From Bacteroidetes bacterium HGW-Bacteroidetes-6 (lineage in GTDB: Bacteria > Bacteroidota > Bacteroidia > Bacteroidales > DTU049): DNA of 64,000 bases. Below, piece after piece: positions 26,577 to 37,616 of this stretch; within the stretch, counting starts at the first letter, position 1; every line of letters begins with the position of its first letter. The notes below the pieces were generated by a model, which searched no databases, had not been told where the DNA came from, and saw only the letters and a program-made list of their open reading frames with translations. The stretch spans positions 636 to 64,635 of the forward strand of contig PHDB01000014.1 of the NCBI GenBank assembly GCA_002842495.1. Reading direction: 5' to 3'. The translations under genes were made by a program, and so were the position numbers.

Positions 26577-28235
26577 ATGATTCGCGTTTCAGGATTGTTT
26601 GCCGTTGTTTTTGTACTGATGTTTTCTAATATTGAAGCCCAGATTACTGTTGATAACACTCTTACTCCAACACAGTTGGTTCAGGATGTATTATTAGGGT
26701 CGGGGGTTTCTGTTTTTAACGTACAGTTTACAGGAAGTGCTATTCAGCGAGGAACATTTGCGGGAACGTCTAATCTTGGAATCGACGAAGGAATCATCTT
26801 GGCAACCGGAGATATTAATCTGGCCCCTGGGCCAAATGCTTCGGGAAGCGAAAGTCTTGGCAGTGGTGTTGGTGGCGATCCTGATCTGGCTGCTATTGTT
26901 GGCTCGACAACCTATGATGCAGCTGTTCTTGAATTCGATTTTGTTCCGTCTTCCGATACTGTTCGTTTTTTCTATGTTTTTGCAAGCGAAGAGTATCCCG
27001 AATACGTGTGTTCGGAATTCAATGATGTGTTTGCTTTTTTTCTTAGTGGAGCCAATCCTTTGGGTGGCTCTTATGTAAAGAAAAATATTGCCATTATTCC
27101 TGGAACAACCATTCCCGTGGCAATTAATTCCATTAACCCAGGAGTAGTTGGATCTTTTGGTTCGGCAGGTGGATGTACATCGCTTGCCTATTCTTCGCTT
27201 TACACAAACAATACTGGTGGTGCTACTATTGAATATGATGGTTTTACACATATTCTCGAAGCTTCAGCTCTTGTAATTGCCTGCGATACATACCATATAA
27301 AAATTGCCATTGCCGATGTTTTCGACGGCAACTACGACTCGGGCGTTTTTCTTAAGGCGAAAAGTTTTAGCTCGCCTGCCGTTAGTATTTCGGCAGTTGG
27401 TTCATCGTTCGACTCTACTATGGTTGAAGGATGTGGAGCTGCAACATATATTTTTACCCGTGGTGGCGACATAGCGAATCCTTTTACCATTGATTATATC
27501 ATTGGTGGAACGGCAATTAATGGCATCGACTATACCGACCTGAGTGGAAATCCAATCGGGACAAGTGTTTATTTTGCAGCCGGACAGGATTCAGCTTTTC
27601 TGTATATCGATCCGGTCAATGATGCTATCAGCGAAGCTACCGAAACCATTACTCTTGCCATTCCACAGGTAATTAGTTGCACAAGCGACACACTCTCGGC
27701 AACTATTTATATCACCAATGTAGATCCAATGCAGATAAGTCTCACTGGCGATACCTTAATTTGTGTCGAATCAGGTGAAACATCAATACTCAATGTCGAT
27801 TTTACCGGGGGTTATGGTCCATTCGATTTCAATTGGGATAATGGGCTCGGAAACAGCCAGCAGGTAATTGTTTCGCCTGTCGTTCCAACGATTTTTACGG
27901 TGTCAATTCTCGATAGTTGTGGAAATGAATCTGCACAGCAATCAATTCTTGTTATTAACGAATGCGACATTCAGACAACAAACGTAATTACTCCGAATGG
28001 TGACGGATTCAACGATTTTCTTGTTTTCCCAAATCTGGAACAATATCCCAACTCGGAATTGTATGTTTATAATCGTTGGGGAAAAGTAGTGTACCAAAAT
28101 CTTAATTATGCCAACGATTGGTCTCCAACTGAATTGACGGACGGAACTTATTATTACATTTTGAATAAATCTGCCGGAATTGAACATCCGGCCGAAAGTT
28201 ATCATGGAACCATTACTGTTTTAAAATCACCATAA
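26577..28235 (+). CDS. Choice-of-anchor-L domain protein with a T9SS type B CTD
   Basis: Signal peptide. N-terminal LTPTQLVQDVLLGSGVSVFNVQFTG..FASEEYPEYV..FNDVFAFFLSG. C-terminal ITPNGDGFNDFL..YNRWGKVVY..GTYYY. Confidence 0.8.
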   Translation: MIRVSGLFAVVFVLMFSNIEAQITVDNTLTPTQLVQDVLLGSGVSVFNVQFTGSAIQRGTFAGTSNLGIDEGIILATGDINLAPGPNASGSESLGSGVGGDPDLAAIVGSTTYDAAVLEFDFVPSSDTVRFFYVFASEEYPEYVCSEFNDVFAFFLSGANPLGGSYVKKNIAIIPGTTIPVAINSINPGVVGSFGSAGGCTSLAYSSLYTNNTGGATIEYDGFTHILEASALVIACDTYHIKIAIADVFDGNYDSGVFLKAKSFSSPAVSISAVGSSFDSTMVEGCGAATYIFTRGGDIANPFTIDYIIGGTAINGIDYTDLSGNPIGTSVYFAAGQDSAFLYIDPVNDAISEATETITLAIPQVISCTSDTLSATIYITNVDPMQISLTGDTLICVESGETSILNVDFTGGYGPFDFNWDNGLGNSQQVIVSPVVPTIFTVSILDSCGNESAQQSILVINECDIQTTNVITPNGDGFNDFLVFPNLEQYPNSELYVYNRWGKVVYQNLNYANDWSPTELTDGTYYYILNKSAGIEHPAESYHGTITVLKSP

Positions 28236-28237
28236 CA

Positions 28238-30592
28238 ATGAAAAAAATCCGGTGTTTTGCACTCGTTTTTGTTCTTTTTGCTGGAGGAGGGTCTCTGACA
28301 AAAGCACAACTCACCGTTACATCTGGTCTTACTCCTGCTCAATATGTCGATTTTCTGGTTGGCGCCGGAATTACCTACAGCAATGTGGTATATACAGGCG
28401 ATGTAAACTCAATTGGAAAATTTGTAACCGGAGCAACACCAACTAATCTAGGTATTGGCTCTGGAGTAATTATGTCAACAGGTTATGTGAATGGGGCATC
28501 TGCACAACCAGCTATTGGAAGCCCGGTAAGCAACTTTGTAAGCTATTCAACAATGGGTGGATCCGATCCACAGCTTCAGTCACTGATTCCCAGCTATACA
28601 ATTAATGATGCAACATTGCTGGAATTTGATTTTATTCCGGTATCGGACACTGTTCGATTTCGCTATGTTTTTGGATCAGAAGAATACAACGAGTGGGTGG
28701 GTTCATCATTCAACGATGTTTTTGGTTTTTTTATTTCCGGGCCTAATCCCACCGGAGGAAGTTATACAAATTATAATATGGCCCGTATTCCGGGTACCAA
28801 TCTTCCTGTTACTATCGATAATGTCAATTCTGGCTCCTACAGTACATACTATGTTAATAATGAGAATTTGAACGGACAAACTATTGTTTATGATGGCTTT
28901 ACTGTTGTTTTGACTGCTTGGACCCGGGTTACTCCTTGCCAGCAATATCATATCAAGCTGGCCATTGGTGATGCTGGAGATGCATCGTTCGATTCGGGTG
29001 TCTTTCTCGAAGCAAATAGCTTCAGTAGCCCAGTTATTACAGCTTCAACCAATTATGTAAACGATACCATTCTCGGCAATTTTGCCATGGAAGGTGGTTG
29101 CAACGACGCAGTCATTTGTTTCTCGCTTTCCGACCCTGCTTCAAGCAATTTTACTATTAACTACACCCTTCAGGGCTCAGCCACCAATGGTGTTGACTTT
29201 CCCACTTTTCCAACCAGTATGACTATACCCGCTGGTAGCGATTCGGTTTGTTATATCATCAGCCCTTATGCAGACGGACTTAGTGAAGGAATGGAAAGCA
29301 TTATTATTGTTCTTCAAAATCAAATTAGTTGCAATACTGTTTCCGATACTATTGTTATAGATATCCTAGACTATGACAACTTGCAAATCAGCATGACCCC
29401 CGATACAACTATTTGTGGTGGAAGTGCAATTATTTCCACTTTGCCGTCCATGGGAGTGCCTCCCTACAATTATGCCTGGGACAATGGTTTGCCCGCTCTG
29501 ACAACACACACGGTGTCACCGTTAGCAACCACAACATATACCGTGACGATTACAGATTATTGCGGTTACGAAATTTCGGGAGATGTAACCATTACCGTTG
29601 GTTCTGGTTTGGCCGAAGCTGGTCCCGATCAGGAAATTTGCGATGGTGAAACAGCAACTCTTGAGGCAAATTCTTCTCTTGGCTATATTTGGAGTACGGG
29701 CGAAACAACCCAATCGATAGATGTCTCTCCAACTACAGAAACAATGTACTATGTTACTGTTACAGGTATTTGTGAAGGCAACGACTCAGTTACTGTTTAT
29801 GTAAATCCTTTGCCTGTTGTTTCGGCGGCTTTAGATCCGGTCTCGATTTGTGCAGGCGATTCTGCCAGTTTGTCTGCTGCTGGAGCTTTGGAATATATAT
29901 GGTCATCCAGTCCGGTTGATGCAACACTTCATCAAACTCCAGGAGAAACTAACGACTACTTTACCGTTTCTCCCGGCGGTACAACTACTTATTTTGTAAC
30001 GGGAACCGATGCGAATGGTTGTTCCAATACAGCTTCTGCTGCAATTACTGTAATTCCATCACCAGTTGCATCGTTCTTTACACAGCCCCCGATTGCTTCT
30101 TCATTCGACCCCACATTCCATTTCTACGACAATTCGCAGGGAAACCCTGTGTTATGGTTGTGGACATTGGACGACGGAACTCAATACAATATTCCTGAAT
30201 TTGTTCACCAGTTTCCGGTCGATGATTTCGGCGACTACGAAGTTATTCTTTATGTTGAGAATTCTTTCGGCTGTTTCGATAGTATCGTTGGTTCTGTGCG
30301 AGTAAAACCCGATTATACGCTATATATTCCAAATTCATTTTCGCCTAACGAAGATGGTATTAACGATTACTTTCATATCAGTGGTATCAATTTCCCCGAC
30401 GATGAGTTTAGTATTCGTGTTTACGATCGTTGGGGGAGTCTCGTTTTTGCTTCTACCAATCCATCGTTTCAATGGGATGGGAAAAAAGATGGTGGATACG
30501 CCCCAATGGGAACTTACGTCTATCGGATTTACTATCGCGATACCGACGGAAATTATCAAGTGCGACAGGGCAATATAACTTTGTGGTACTAA
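28238..30592 (+). CDS. Choice-of-anchor-L domain protein (paralog) with Ig-like/PKD modules and a T9SS type B CTD
   Basis: Same N-terminal architecture (LTPAQYVDFLVGAGITYSNVVYTG..GSEEYNEWV..FNDVFGFFISG). C-terminal FSPNEDGINDYF..YDRWGSLVF..WDG..GTYVY. Confidence 0.8.
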   Translation: MKKIRCFALVFVLFAGGGSLTKAQLTVTSGLTPAQYVDFLVGAGITYSNVVYTGDVNSIGKFVTGATPTNLGIGSGVIMSTGYVNGASAQPAIGSPVSNFVSYSTMGGSDPQLQSLIPSYTINDATLLEFDFIPVSDTVRFRYVFGSEEYNEWVGSSFNDVFGFFISGPNPTGGSYTNYNMARIPGTNLPVTIDNVNSGSYSTYYVNNENLNGQTIVYDGFTVVLTAWTRVTPCQQYHIKLAIGDAGDASFDSGVFLEANSFSSPVITASTNYVNDTILGNFAMEGGCNDAVICFSLSDPASSNFTINYTLQGSATNGVDFPTFPTSMTIPAGSDSVCYIISPYADGLSEGMESIIIVLQNQISCNTVSDTIVIDILDYDNLQISMTPDTTICGGSAIISTLPSMGVPPYNYAWDNGLPALTTHTVSPLATTTYTVTITDYCGYEISGDVTITVGSGLAEAGPDQEICDGETATLEANSSLGYIWSTGETTQSIDVSPTTETMYYVTVTGICEGNDSVTVYVNPLPVVSAALDPVSICAGDSASLSAAGALEYIWSSSPVDATLHQTPGETNDYFTVSPGGTTTYFVTGTDANGCSNTASAAITVIPSPVASFFTQPPIASSFDPTFHFYDNSQGNPVLWLWTLDDGTQYNIPEFVHQFPVDDFGDYEVILYVENSFGCFDSIVGSVRVKPDYTLYIPNSFSPNEDGINDYFHISGINFPDDEFSIRVYDRWGSLVFASTNPSFQWDGKKDGGYAPMGTYVYRIYYRDTDGNYQVRQGNITLWY

Positions 30593-30607
30593 GCTGATAT
30601 TTATTAA

Positions 30608-31678
<1,071 letters not shown>

Positions 31679-31688
31679 GCCTGTCACC

Positions 31689-31874
31689 ATGAAAATCATT
31701 GTTGTTATTATTGTTGTCGTTGTTTTCATCGCTCTGGCTTTTGTTGGAATAGGAATAAAAATGTTTTTGAAAAAGGGCGGGGAATTTAAAAAACAATGTT
31801 CTACCAAAGATCCTCAAACAGGAAAAGCGCTGGGTTGCTCATGCGGCGGCGAAAGCACATGCCACAATGAATAA
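31689..31874 (+). CDS. 61-aa single-TM protein with a Cys-rich tail
   Basis: MKIIVVIIVVVVFIALAFVGIGIKMFLKKGG then ..CSTKDPQTGKALGCSCGGESTCHNE. It starts 10 nt after gap and overlaps the queD start by 8 nt (ATGAATAA). Confidence 0.5.
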   Translation: MKIIVVIIVVVVFIALAFVGIGIKMFLKKGGEFKKQCSTKDPQTGKALGCSCGGESTCHNE

Positions 31875-32292
31875 TCAAATAGCCTATATCACTCGCCGCG
31901 AACATTTTAACGCAGCACACAGGCTTTTCAAAGCCGATTTTTCTGATGAAAAAAACTTGGAAGTTTTCGGAAAATGCTCCAACCCTAATTGGCATGGACA
32001 CAACTATACGCTGTTTGTAACAATAAAAGGGACTGTTGATGCCGAAACCGGTTTTGTGATGAATTTAAAGGAACTCAGCCGAATTATCAGAACCGAGGTT
32101 ATTGATAAGCTCGATCACAAAAATATAAATGTAGAAGTGGATTTTATGCAAGGGAAATTGGCGTCAACTGAAAATCTGGCAATTTCGATATGGGAGGTGT
32201 TGGTGGATTCGTTAAAGCCATTCTCTACGGTATTGCTCCATTGTATTAAAGTTCAGGAAACCGAAAATAATTTTGTTGAATATTACGGATAA
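31867..32292 (+). CDS. queD: 6-carboxy-5,6,7,8-tetrahydropterin synthase (PTPS family)
   Basis: REHFNAAHRL..CSNPNWHGHNY motif. Confidence 0.88.
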   Translation: MNNQIAYITRREHFNAAHRLFKADFSDEKNLEVFGKCSNPNWHGHNYTLFVTIKGTVDAETGFVMNLKELSRIIRTEVIDKLDHKNINVEVDFMQGKLASTENLAISIWEVLVDSLKPFSTVLLHCIKVQETENNFVEYYG

Positions 32293-32302
32293 AACCTAGT
32301 CT

Positions 32303-32950
32303 ATGTGTCCTCCTGTAATGAAACACGAAAATCTGATGGATAATTATTCAGCCGATGGTTATACTCGCATCGATCAATACGATGAGGAAACACTTGAAAA
32401 GCTGAAAGTGCATTATCATGGTGTTCTTCAGTTGTTGGGCGAAGATCCCGAACGCGAAGGATTGCTGAAAACGCCTGAGCGGGTTGCCAAGGCAATGCAG
32501 TTTCTTACACATGGGTATCATACTAATCCAGAACAAATACTACGATCGGCTATGTTCAAGGAAGATTATCGTGAAATGGTTATCGTGAAAGATATTGAAC
32601 TGTATTCTATGTGCGAACATCACATGCTGCCGTTTTTTGGGAAAGCCCATGTCGCTTATATTCCCAATGGATATATTGTCGGACTTAGTAAAATTCCACG
32701 TATTGTTGATGCTTTTGCACGCCGTCTTCAGGTTCAGGAACGACTTACAACACAAATTAAGGACAGTATTCAAAATGTGCTGAAACCCCTAGGTGTGGCT
32801 GTTGTAATTGAAGCTCACCATTTGTGTATGATGATGCGTGGTATTCAGAAACAAAACAGTGTTACCACCACTTCCGATTTTACTGGTGCTTTCCGCCGCG
32901 ACGAAACCCGGGCCGAATTTATGCATCTCATTGGCGCACGACTACATTAA
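32303..32950 (+). CDS. folE: GTP cyclohydrolase I (type IA)
   Basis: [28 protein letters not shown] and HLCMMMRG motifs. Confidence 0.94.
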   Translation: MCPPVMKHENLMDNYSADGYTRIDQYDEETLEKLKVHYHGVLQLLGEDPEREGLLKTPERVAKAMQFLTHGYHTNPEQILRSAMFKEDYREMVIVKDIELYSMCEHHMLPFFGKAHVAYIPNGYIVGLSKIPRIVDAFARRLQVQERLTTQIKDSIQNVLKPLGVAVVIEAHHLCMMMRGIQKQNSVTTTSDFTGAFRRDETRAEFMHLIGARLH

Positions 32951-33001
32951 TCAATATAGAGTATAGATCGTAAAAGCCCGCGAGAATGAGATGCTTGATT
33001 T

Positions 33002-34444
33002 TTATAACTCAATGGTTTTCCATTTTCCTTTCCAGAACCACCACAACCCTAGCAGGGCCAGAATTGATTCGGCAATAACAATGGAAATATAAACACCATT
33101 GGCAGCCAGACTTGTTTGGAAGGCTAAGTAGTACGCTAGTGGTAGCTCAATAATCCAGAAAGCAATCACCGAAAACCAGGTCGGTCGCGATGTATCTCCA
33201 GCCGAATTGATAGCATTGAGCATTACCATTCCGAGTCCATAAAACAGCATTCCGTAACTAACCATCTGTAGTCCCTGTGCTCCAGTTTCAATCACTGTCG
33301 CATCGTTGATGAACCACGAAATTATTTCGTGGGAAAACAGAATCAACACTATTCCCGCTGCTCCCAGAAAAGCCATGTTAAGCCAAGCGGCTATCCACGC
33401 CGATTTTTCGGCACGATCAGGATTTTTTGCGCCCAGATTTTGTCCAACCATGGTTGCTGCAGCATTGCTGAACCCAACCGCAGGTAAAAAAAAGAATATC
33501 ACAATTCGAATAGCAATGGTATAGCCAGCCAGTACAACACTTCCAAATTCGGCCATGATGCGCATAAGGCCAATCCAGCTGGCAGTTCCAATCAGGTGCT
33601 GACCTGTGACGCCCAAGGTGAGTTTGTAAATTTTAGCAATGGTTTTCCAATGAACCCGAATAGCACGCTTAGTTATATGAATCAGGTTTTTTCCGTTCAA
33701 CAATACATACAACTGCCAGATCACGGCGATTGACCGGCCGGTAATGGTTGCAATAGCAGCTCCTTTGATACCCAGAGCAGGTATGGGTCCCAATCCAAAA
33801 ATAAGAATGGGATCGAGAATAATATTGAGTCCATTGGCAACAAAAAGCACTTTCATGGCCGTAGCTGGGTTTCCCGAGGAACGAAATATTGCATTGGCTG
33901 TAAACAAAATCATGATTATCGGTGCCGATCCAATAGTGAGTGCAGTATAGAGGCTCATGTTGGTAGCAATATTCCGGCCCGCCCCCATTAAGTAAAGTAA
34001 ATCGCCAGAAAAAATAATTCCCGATAAGGCAATAGGCAAAGCCACTAATATAGTGGCAATTAGTACCTGAAAAGAAGTGATGGATGCCGCAAAGTATCGT
34101 TTTTCGCCGGCTCGTCGCGACACCATAGCAGTAGCTGCAACACTCAATCCGATGCCAATGGCATAAACCAATGTTGTTAGCGATTCGGTCAGGCCTACGG
34201 TCGAAACGGCTTCGGCACCTAATTTAGAAACAAAATAGATGTCGACAATAGCAAAAAGCGATTCCATGAGCATTTCGAGTACCATAGGAATGGAAAGCAA
34301 AATAATGGCTTTGCTGAGGCGCCCTTGAGTGTAATCGTAATTCTTGCCGGCAACAGCTTCGCCAATAAGCGAACCCAGACGCCGGATACCCTGAAAATTC
34401 AGACTGAAAAGAGTGTATTTGTTTTGTTTTTTATGTAGTTGCAT
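33002..34444 (-). CDS. MATE-family efflux transporter
   Basis: 12-TM layout with YDYTQGRLSKAIILLSIPMVLEML at the N-terminus. Start assumed at the ATG at 34444; the listed ORF begins at a TTG at 34471. Confidence 0.85.
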   Translation of the reverse strand: MQLHKKQNKYTLFSLNFQGIRRLGSLIGEAVAGKNYDYTQGRLSKAIILLSIPMVLEMLMESLFAIVDIYFVSKLGAEAVSTVGLTESLTTLVYAIGIGLSVAATAMVSRRAGEKRYFAASITSFQVLIATILVALPIALSGIIFSGDLLYLMGAGRNIATNMSLYTALTIGSAPIIMILFTANAIFRSSGNPATAMKVLFVANGLNIILDPILIFGLGPIPALGIKGAAIATITGRSIAVIWQLYVLLNGKNLIHITKRAIRVHWKTIAKIYKLTLGVTGQHLIGTASWIGLMRIMAEFGSVVLAGYTIAIRIVIFFFLPAVGFSNAAATMVGQNLGAKNPDRAEKSAWIAAWLNMAFLGAAGIVLILFSHEIISWFINDATVIETGAQGLQMVSYGMLFYGLGMVMLNAINSAGDTSRPTWFSVIAFWIIELPLAYYLAFQTSLAANGVYISIVIAESILALLGLWWFWKGKWKTIEL

Positions 34445-34549
34445 GACGTTTTCGTTTATCTTTTTCAACAATTCCGGGATCGTGTCCGGGTTCTTTTTTT
34501 GAAGGCTCAGTCAATTTTACAATTGAAGAGTTGATGTTTTCGGTTTTGA

Positions 34550-34572
34550 CAAAACTCCGGCATTCGGCCGGA
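34550..34572 (-). promoter_or_regulatory. GC-rich hairpin plus short U-run in the MATE leader (candidate attenuator)
   Basis: The minus strand reads tccggc-cgaat-gccgga followed by gttttg. The hairpin lies inside codons 5-11 of a 52-codon upstream ORF. Confidence 0.35.
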
Positions 34573-34776
34573 AAATAAGTGATTTTCATGTTGTTTGGAT
34601 TTGGTTTATACACGGTTTTGCATCCCGGAAGCTTTCGCCGCGAGACACTTTTGGTTTTGTTTTGAAACAAAAAGAATGCGGAATCAGCTCTCTCTGAATT
34701 CAGAGACAATCAGGGTGTAACTGGTTACAAAGAGCTTTTTCATAAATTTATTTCCGCAATAAGATGATTTCCGGTG

Positions 34777-34784
34777 CAAAAGTA
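34777..34784 (-). promoter_or_regulatory. -7 box (TActTTTG on the minus strand) about 330 nt upstream of the MATE start
   Basis: TAnnTTTG match. I saw no closer box upstream of 34444. Confidence 0.4.
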
Positions 34785-34869
34785 CACATTTTTTGAAATT
34801 AAAACTTATTTTATCACTAATATTTCAATTGTTTCAATCGTTTGTATTGTTGAACCCAAACCAAAATCC

Positions 34870-35289
34870 ATGTACAATTATTCAATCTTTTTCTTTTCAG
34901 TTGCTTTGCTGGTCGTTGCCGGTACTTCGTGTAATCTGGAACCCGGCATCGATGTGGTGCGCCTGTGTAATAATCCGGACTACGACATTACATGCCCCGA
35001 CGACCAATCGGAGTTTGATGCCGTCGAAACCGACACGATTTTTTTGACTGCAATTCTGAATCATGTTCCCGAAGGGACACATGTAACCGTTGAGTGGTTT
35101 TATCTCGAAAACGGAAAAGACAAACTTTCGGCTATGCAAATGGTAACTTACGAAGAAGCTACCGATTATCAGGTCAACAGTCGCCTGCCCGAGCCTAAAG
35201 GTGGTTGGAAGAAAGGCAAACACCTTGTTGTGATGAATTTGAACACCGAAGGTTTTAAATCGATTGAAAAGGAGTTTGTGATTAAGTAA
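34870..35289 (+). CDS. Hypothetical small lipoprotein
   Basis: MYNYSIFFFSVALLVVAGTSC lipobox. Start moved to the ATG at 34870. Confidence 0.5.
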   Translation: MYNYSIFFFSVALLVVAGTSCNLEPGIDVVRLCNNPDYDITCPDDQSEFDAVETDTIFLTAILNHVPEGTHVTVEWFYLENGKDKLSAMQMVTYEEATDYQVNSRLPEPKGGWKKGKHLVVMNLNTEGFKSIEKEFVIK

Positions 35290-35444
35290 ATTTCATGTTG
35301 GAAAAGATATTAATGTCTTATCATTCAGTGCGAAAGTATAGAGGTTTTATACTGGCTGAAGAAATGCGCTTGAGGCGTTGTTAGATATGCATAATTATTC
35401 CAAAATTTATTTTCCGTATTTTAGCGGCATAAAACAATAAAATC

Positions 35445-37607
35445 ATGCGTATCAAATCGTTATTGCTATCATTACTTCTTTTTCTAAGTATTTCGTTTCG
35501 CACGTTTGCCGACGAGGGCATGTGGTTGCCAATTCTATTGCAATCGCTCAACGAAAAAGAAATGCAGGATATGGGTTTCAGGCTTACAGCCGAAGATATT
35601 TATTCAATCAACCATGGCAGCATGAAAGATGCTGTTGTGCTTTTTGGAGGAGGTTGTACAGCTGAGATTGTTAGTGATCAGGGACTTATTCTTACCAATC
35701 ACCATTGTGGATATGGCAGCATTCAGAGTCATAGTTCGGTTGAATTCGATTATTTAACCGATGGCTTTTGGGCCATGAGTAAGGAGCAGGAATTATCGAA
35801 CCCAGGACTTAAGGCGACTATTTTGGTTCGCATGGAAGATGTAACAGCTCAGATTCTGAAGCATATCACTCCCGGAATGACAGAAACTCAGCGACAGGAA
35901 GCTATAAAGAAGGCCAGTAGCAGTATAGAGTCAGAAGCTGTGAAAGACACTCATTATAGTGCGCAGGTGAAATCGTTCTATTATGGGAACGAATTTTATC
36001 TGATGGTTTATGAAGTATTCGAAGATGTTCGTCTGGTTGGAGCTCCACCCAGCAGCATTGGAAAGTTTGGAGGAGATACCGACAACTGGATGTGGCCTCG
36101 CCATACCGGCGATTTTTCGGTCTTCCGTATTTATGCGAACAAAGACAACGAGCCGGCTGCTTATTCTAAAAGTAATGTTCCTTACAAGCCCAAATATTCA
36201 TTTCCTATTTCACTAAAAGGAGTGAAAGAAGACGATTTTACCTTTGTTTTTGGCTATCCGGGAACTACTGAGCATTTTACGGTTTCGGAAGGCGTAAAAA
36301 ACATTACCGAAGAAGAAAATCCGATTGCTATTGGTTTGCGGCGCATGCGTATGGATGTGATGGAAAAATACATGAAAACCGACCCGGCCATTCGTATTCA
36401 ATATGCAAGCAAACTCGCTGGTGTTGCCAATTACTGGAAAAAAATGATAGGGGAAAGTTTAGGTATTCGTCAGTGGAATGGAATTAATCGAAAAAAAGCA
36501 TTCGAAAACGATTTCATGGAAACACTGCACAAAAATCCGGCTGCCATGGAAAAATATGGCAGCTTGTTGGCAACAATGAATGAAACATACAGCAAACTAG
36601 AACCCTATTCCCTGGCATTTATCTATTTCTACGAAGGCGCTTACAGTATCGAAGCTTTTCGTTATGCTTACGGCTTTCGTACATATGTTGATGAATGTAT
36701 TGCTGATCCATCGTCGGACAAGCTGCCTTCGATGCGCGAAAAGCTGCAAACGTCTGCCGACGGCTTTTTTAAAAACTATCATCAGGAAATTGATGCAGAA
36801 ATTGCAGCACTTATTTTGCCTCAGCTTCGTAACATGGGAAATAGTTTTCTTCCGGAATGGTGGACAAAACTCGATTCGAAATATGCCGGCGATTGGCAAA
36901 AAGCAACTGATTACATTTATAGCTCCAGCGTGTTTGTGAATGCAGATAATGTGAAAAAGTTTCTTTCTATGAAACCCAAAAAGGTGAAAAAGGTGATAGC
37001 TTCCGATCCCATTTATCAGCTTGCCAATGGATTTTTCGATTCCTATTTTGATAAGATCAGCCCGGGTCGCGATTTGTATGGTGCCGAACTCGATAGTTTG
37101 TATCGGATTTATGTAGCTGCTTTGCGCGAGTTGAAAGTGTCGGATCGTTTTTACCCCGATGCAAACAGCACCCTGCGTGTTGCATACGGAAAAGTGAAAG
37201 GTTTCGAGGCAGCCGATGCTGTTTATTATAAGTACTACACAACCGCCGATGGAATTCTAACCAAAGAAGATCCCGGTATTGCCGATTATTATGTCGATCC
37301 GAAACTAAAACAAATGGTTCAAAACAAGGATTATGGTCGCTATGCCGATGTTGATGGAACACTTCATACAGGTTTTATTGCAACCAATCATACCACTGGC
37401 GGAAACAGTGGCAGTCCGGTGCTGAATGCAGATGGACAGCTTATTGGTATCAACTTTGATCGTGTGTGGCAGGGAACCATGAGCGACCTTATGTTCGATC
37501 CTGGCAAATGCCGTAATGTGTCGCTCGACATTCGTTATTGTCTTTGGGTTATCGACAAATACGCTGGGGCTGGCTATCTTATTGATGAAATGAAGATTGT
37601 GAAGTAA
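35445..37607 (+). CDS. S46-family dipeptidyl-peptidase (DPP7/DPP11-like)
   Basis: Signal peptide then DEGMWLP. Catalytic motifs LTNHHCG and TTGGNSGSPV. Confidence 0.9.
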   Translation: MRIKSLLLSLLLFLSISFRTFADEGMWLPILLQSLNEKEMQDMGFRLTAEDIYSINHGSMKDAVVLFGGGCTAEIVSDQGLILTNHHCGYGSIQSHSSVEFDYLTDGFWAMSKEQELSNPGLKATILVRMEDVTAQILKHITPGMTETQRQEAIKKASSSIESEAVKDTHYSAQVKSFYYGNEFYLMVYEVFEDVRLVGAPPSSIGKFGGDTDNWMWPRHTGDFSVFRIYANKDNEPAAYSKSNVPYKPKYSFPISLKGVKEDDFTFVFGYPGTTEHFTVSEGVKNITEEENPIAIGLRRMRMDVMEKYMKTDPAIRIQYASKLAGVANYWKKMIGESLGIRQWNGINRKKAFENDFMETLHKNPAAMEKYGSLLATMNETYSKLEPYSLAFIYFYEGAYSIEAFRYAYGFRTYVDECIADPSSDKLPSMREKLQTSADGFFKNYHQEIDAEIAALILPQLRNMGNSFLPEWWTKLDSKYAGDWQKATDYIYSSSVFVNADNVKKFLSMKPKKVKKVIASDPIYQLANGFFDSYFDKISPGRDLYGAELDSLYRIYVAALRELKVSDRFYPDANSTLRVAYGKVKGFEAADAVYYKYYTTADGILTKEDPGIADYYVDPKLKQMVQNKDYGRYADVDGTLHTGFIATNHTTGGNSGSPVLNADGQLIGINFDRVWQGTMSDLMFDPGKCRNVSLDIRYCLWVIDKYAGAGYLIDEMKIVK

Positions 37608-37616
37608 TTCCGATTC

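Noticed and set aside
31679-32302. preQ1 or THF riboswitch in front of queD/folE.
   Set aside because: The intergenic gaps are only about 10 nt, which leaves no room for an aptamer.
34691-34706. A common operator shared by the palindromes tctctgaattcagaga (34691-34706) and tctgaataattcaga (49914-49928).
   Set aside because: They share the half-site TCTGAA, but the half-site spacing differs by 3 nt. Two occurrences in 64 kb are compatible with chance.
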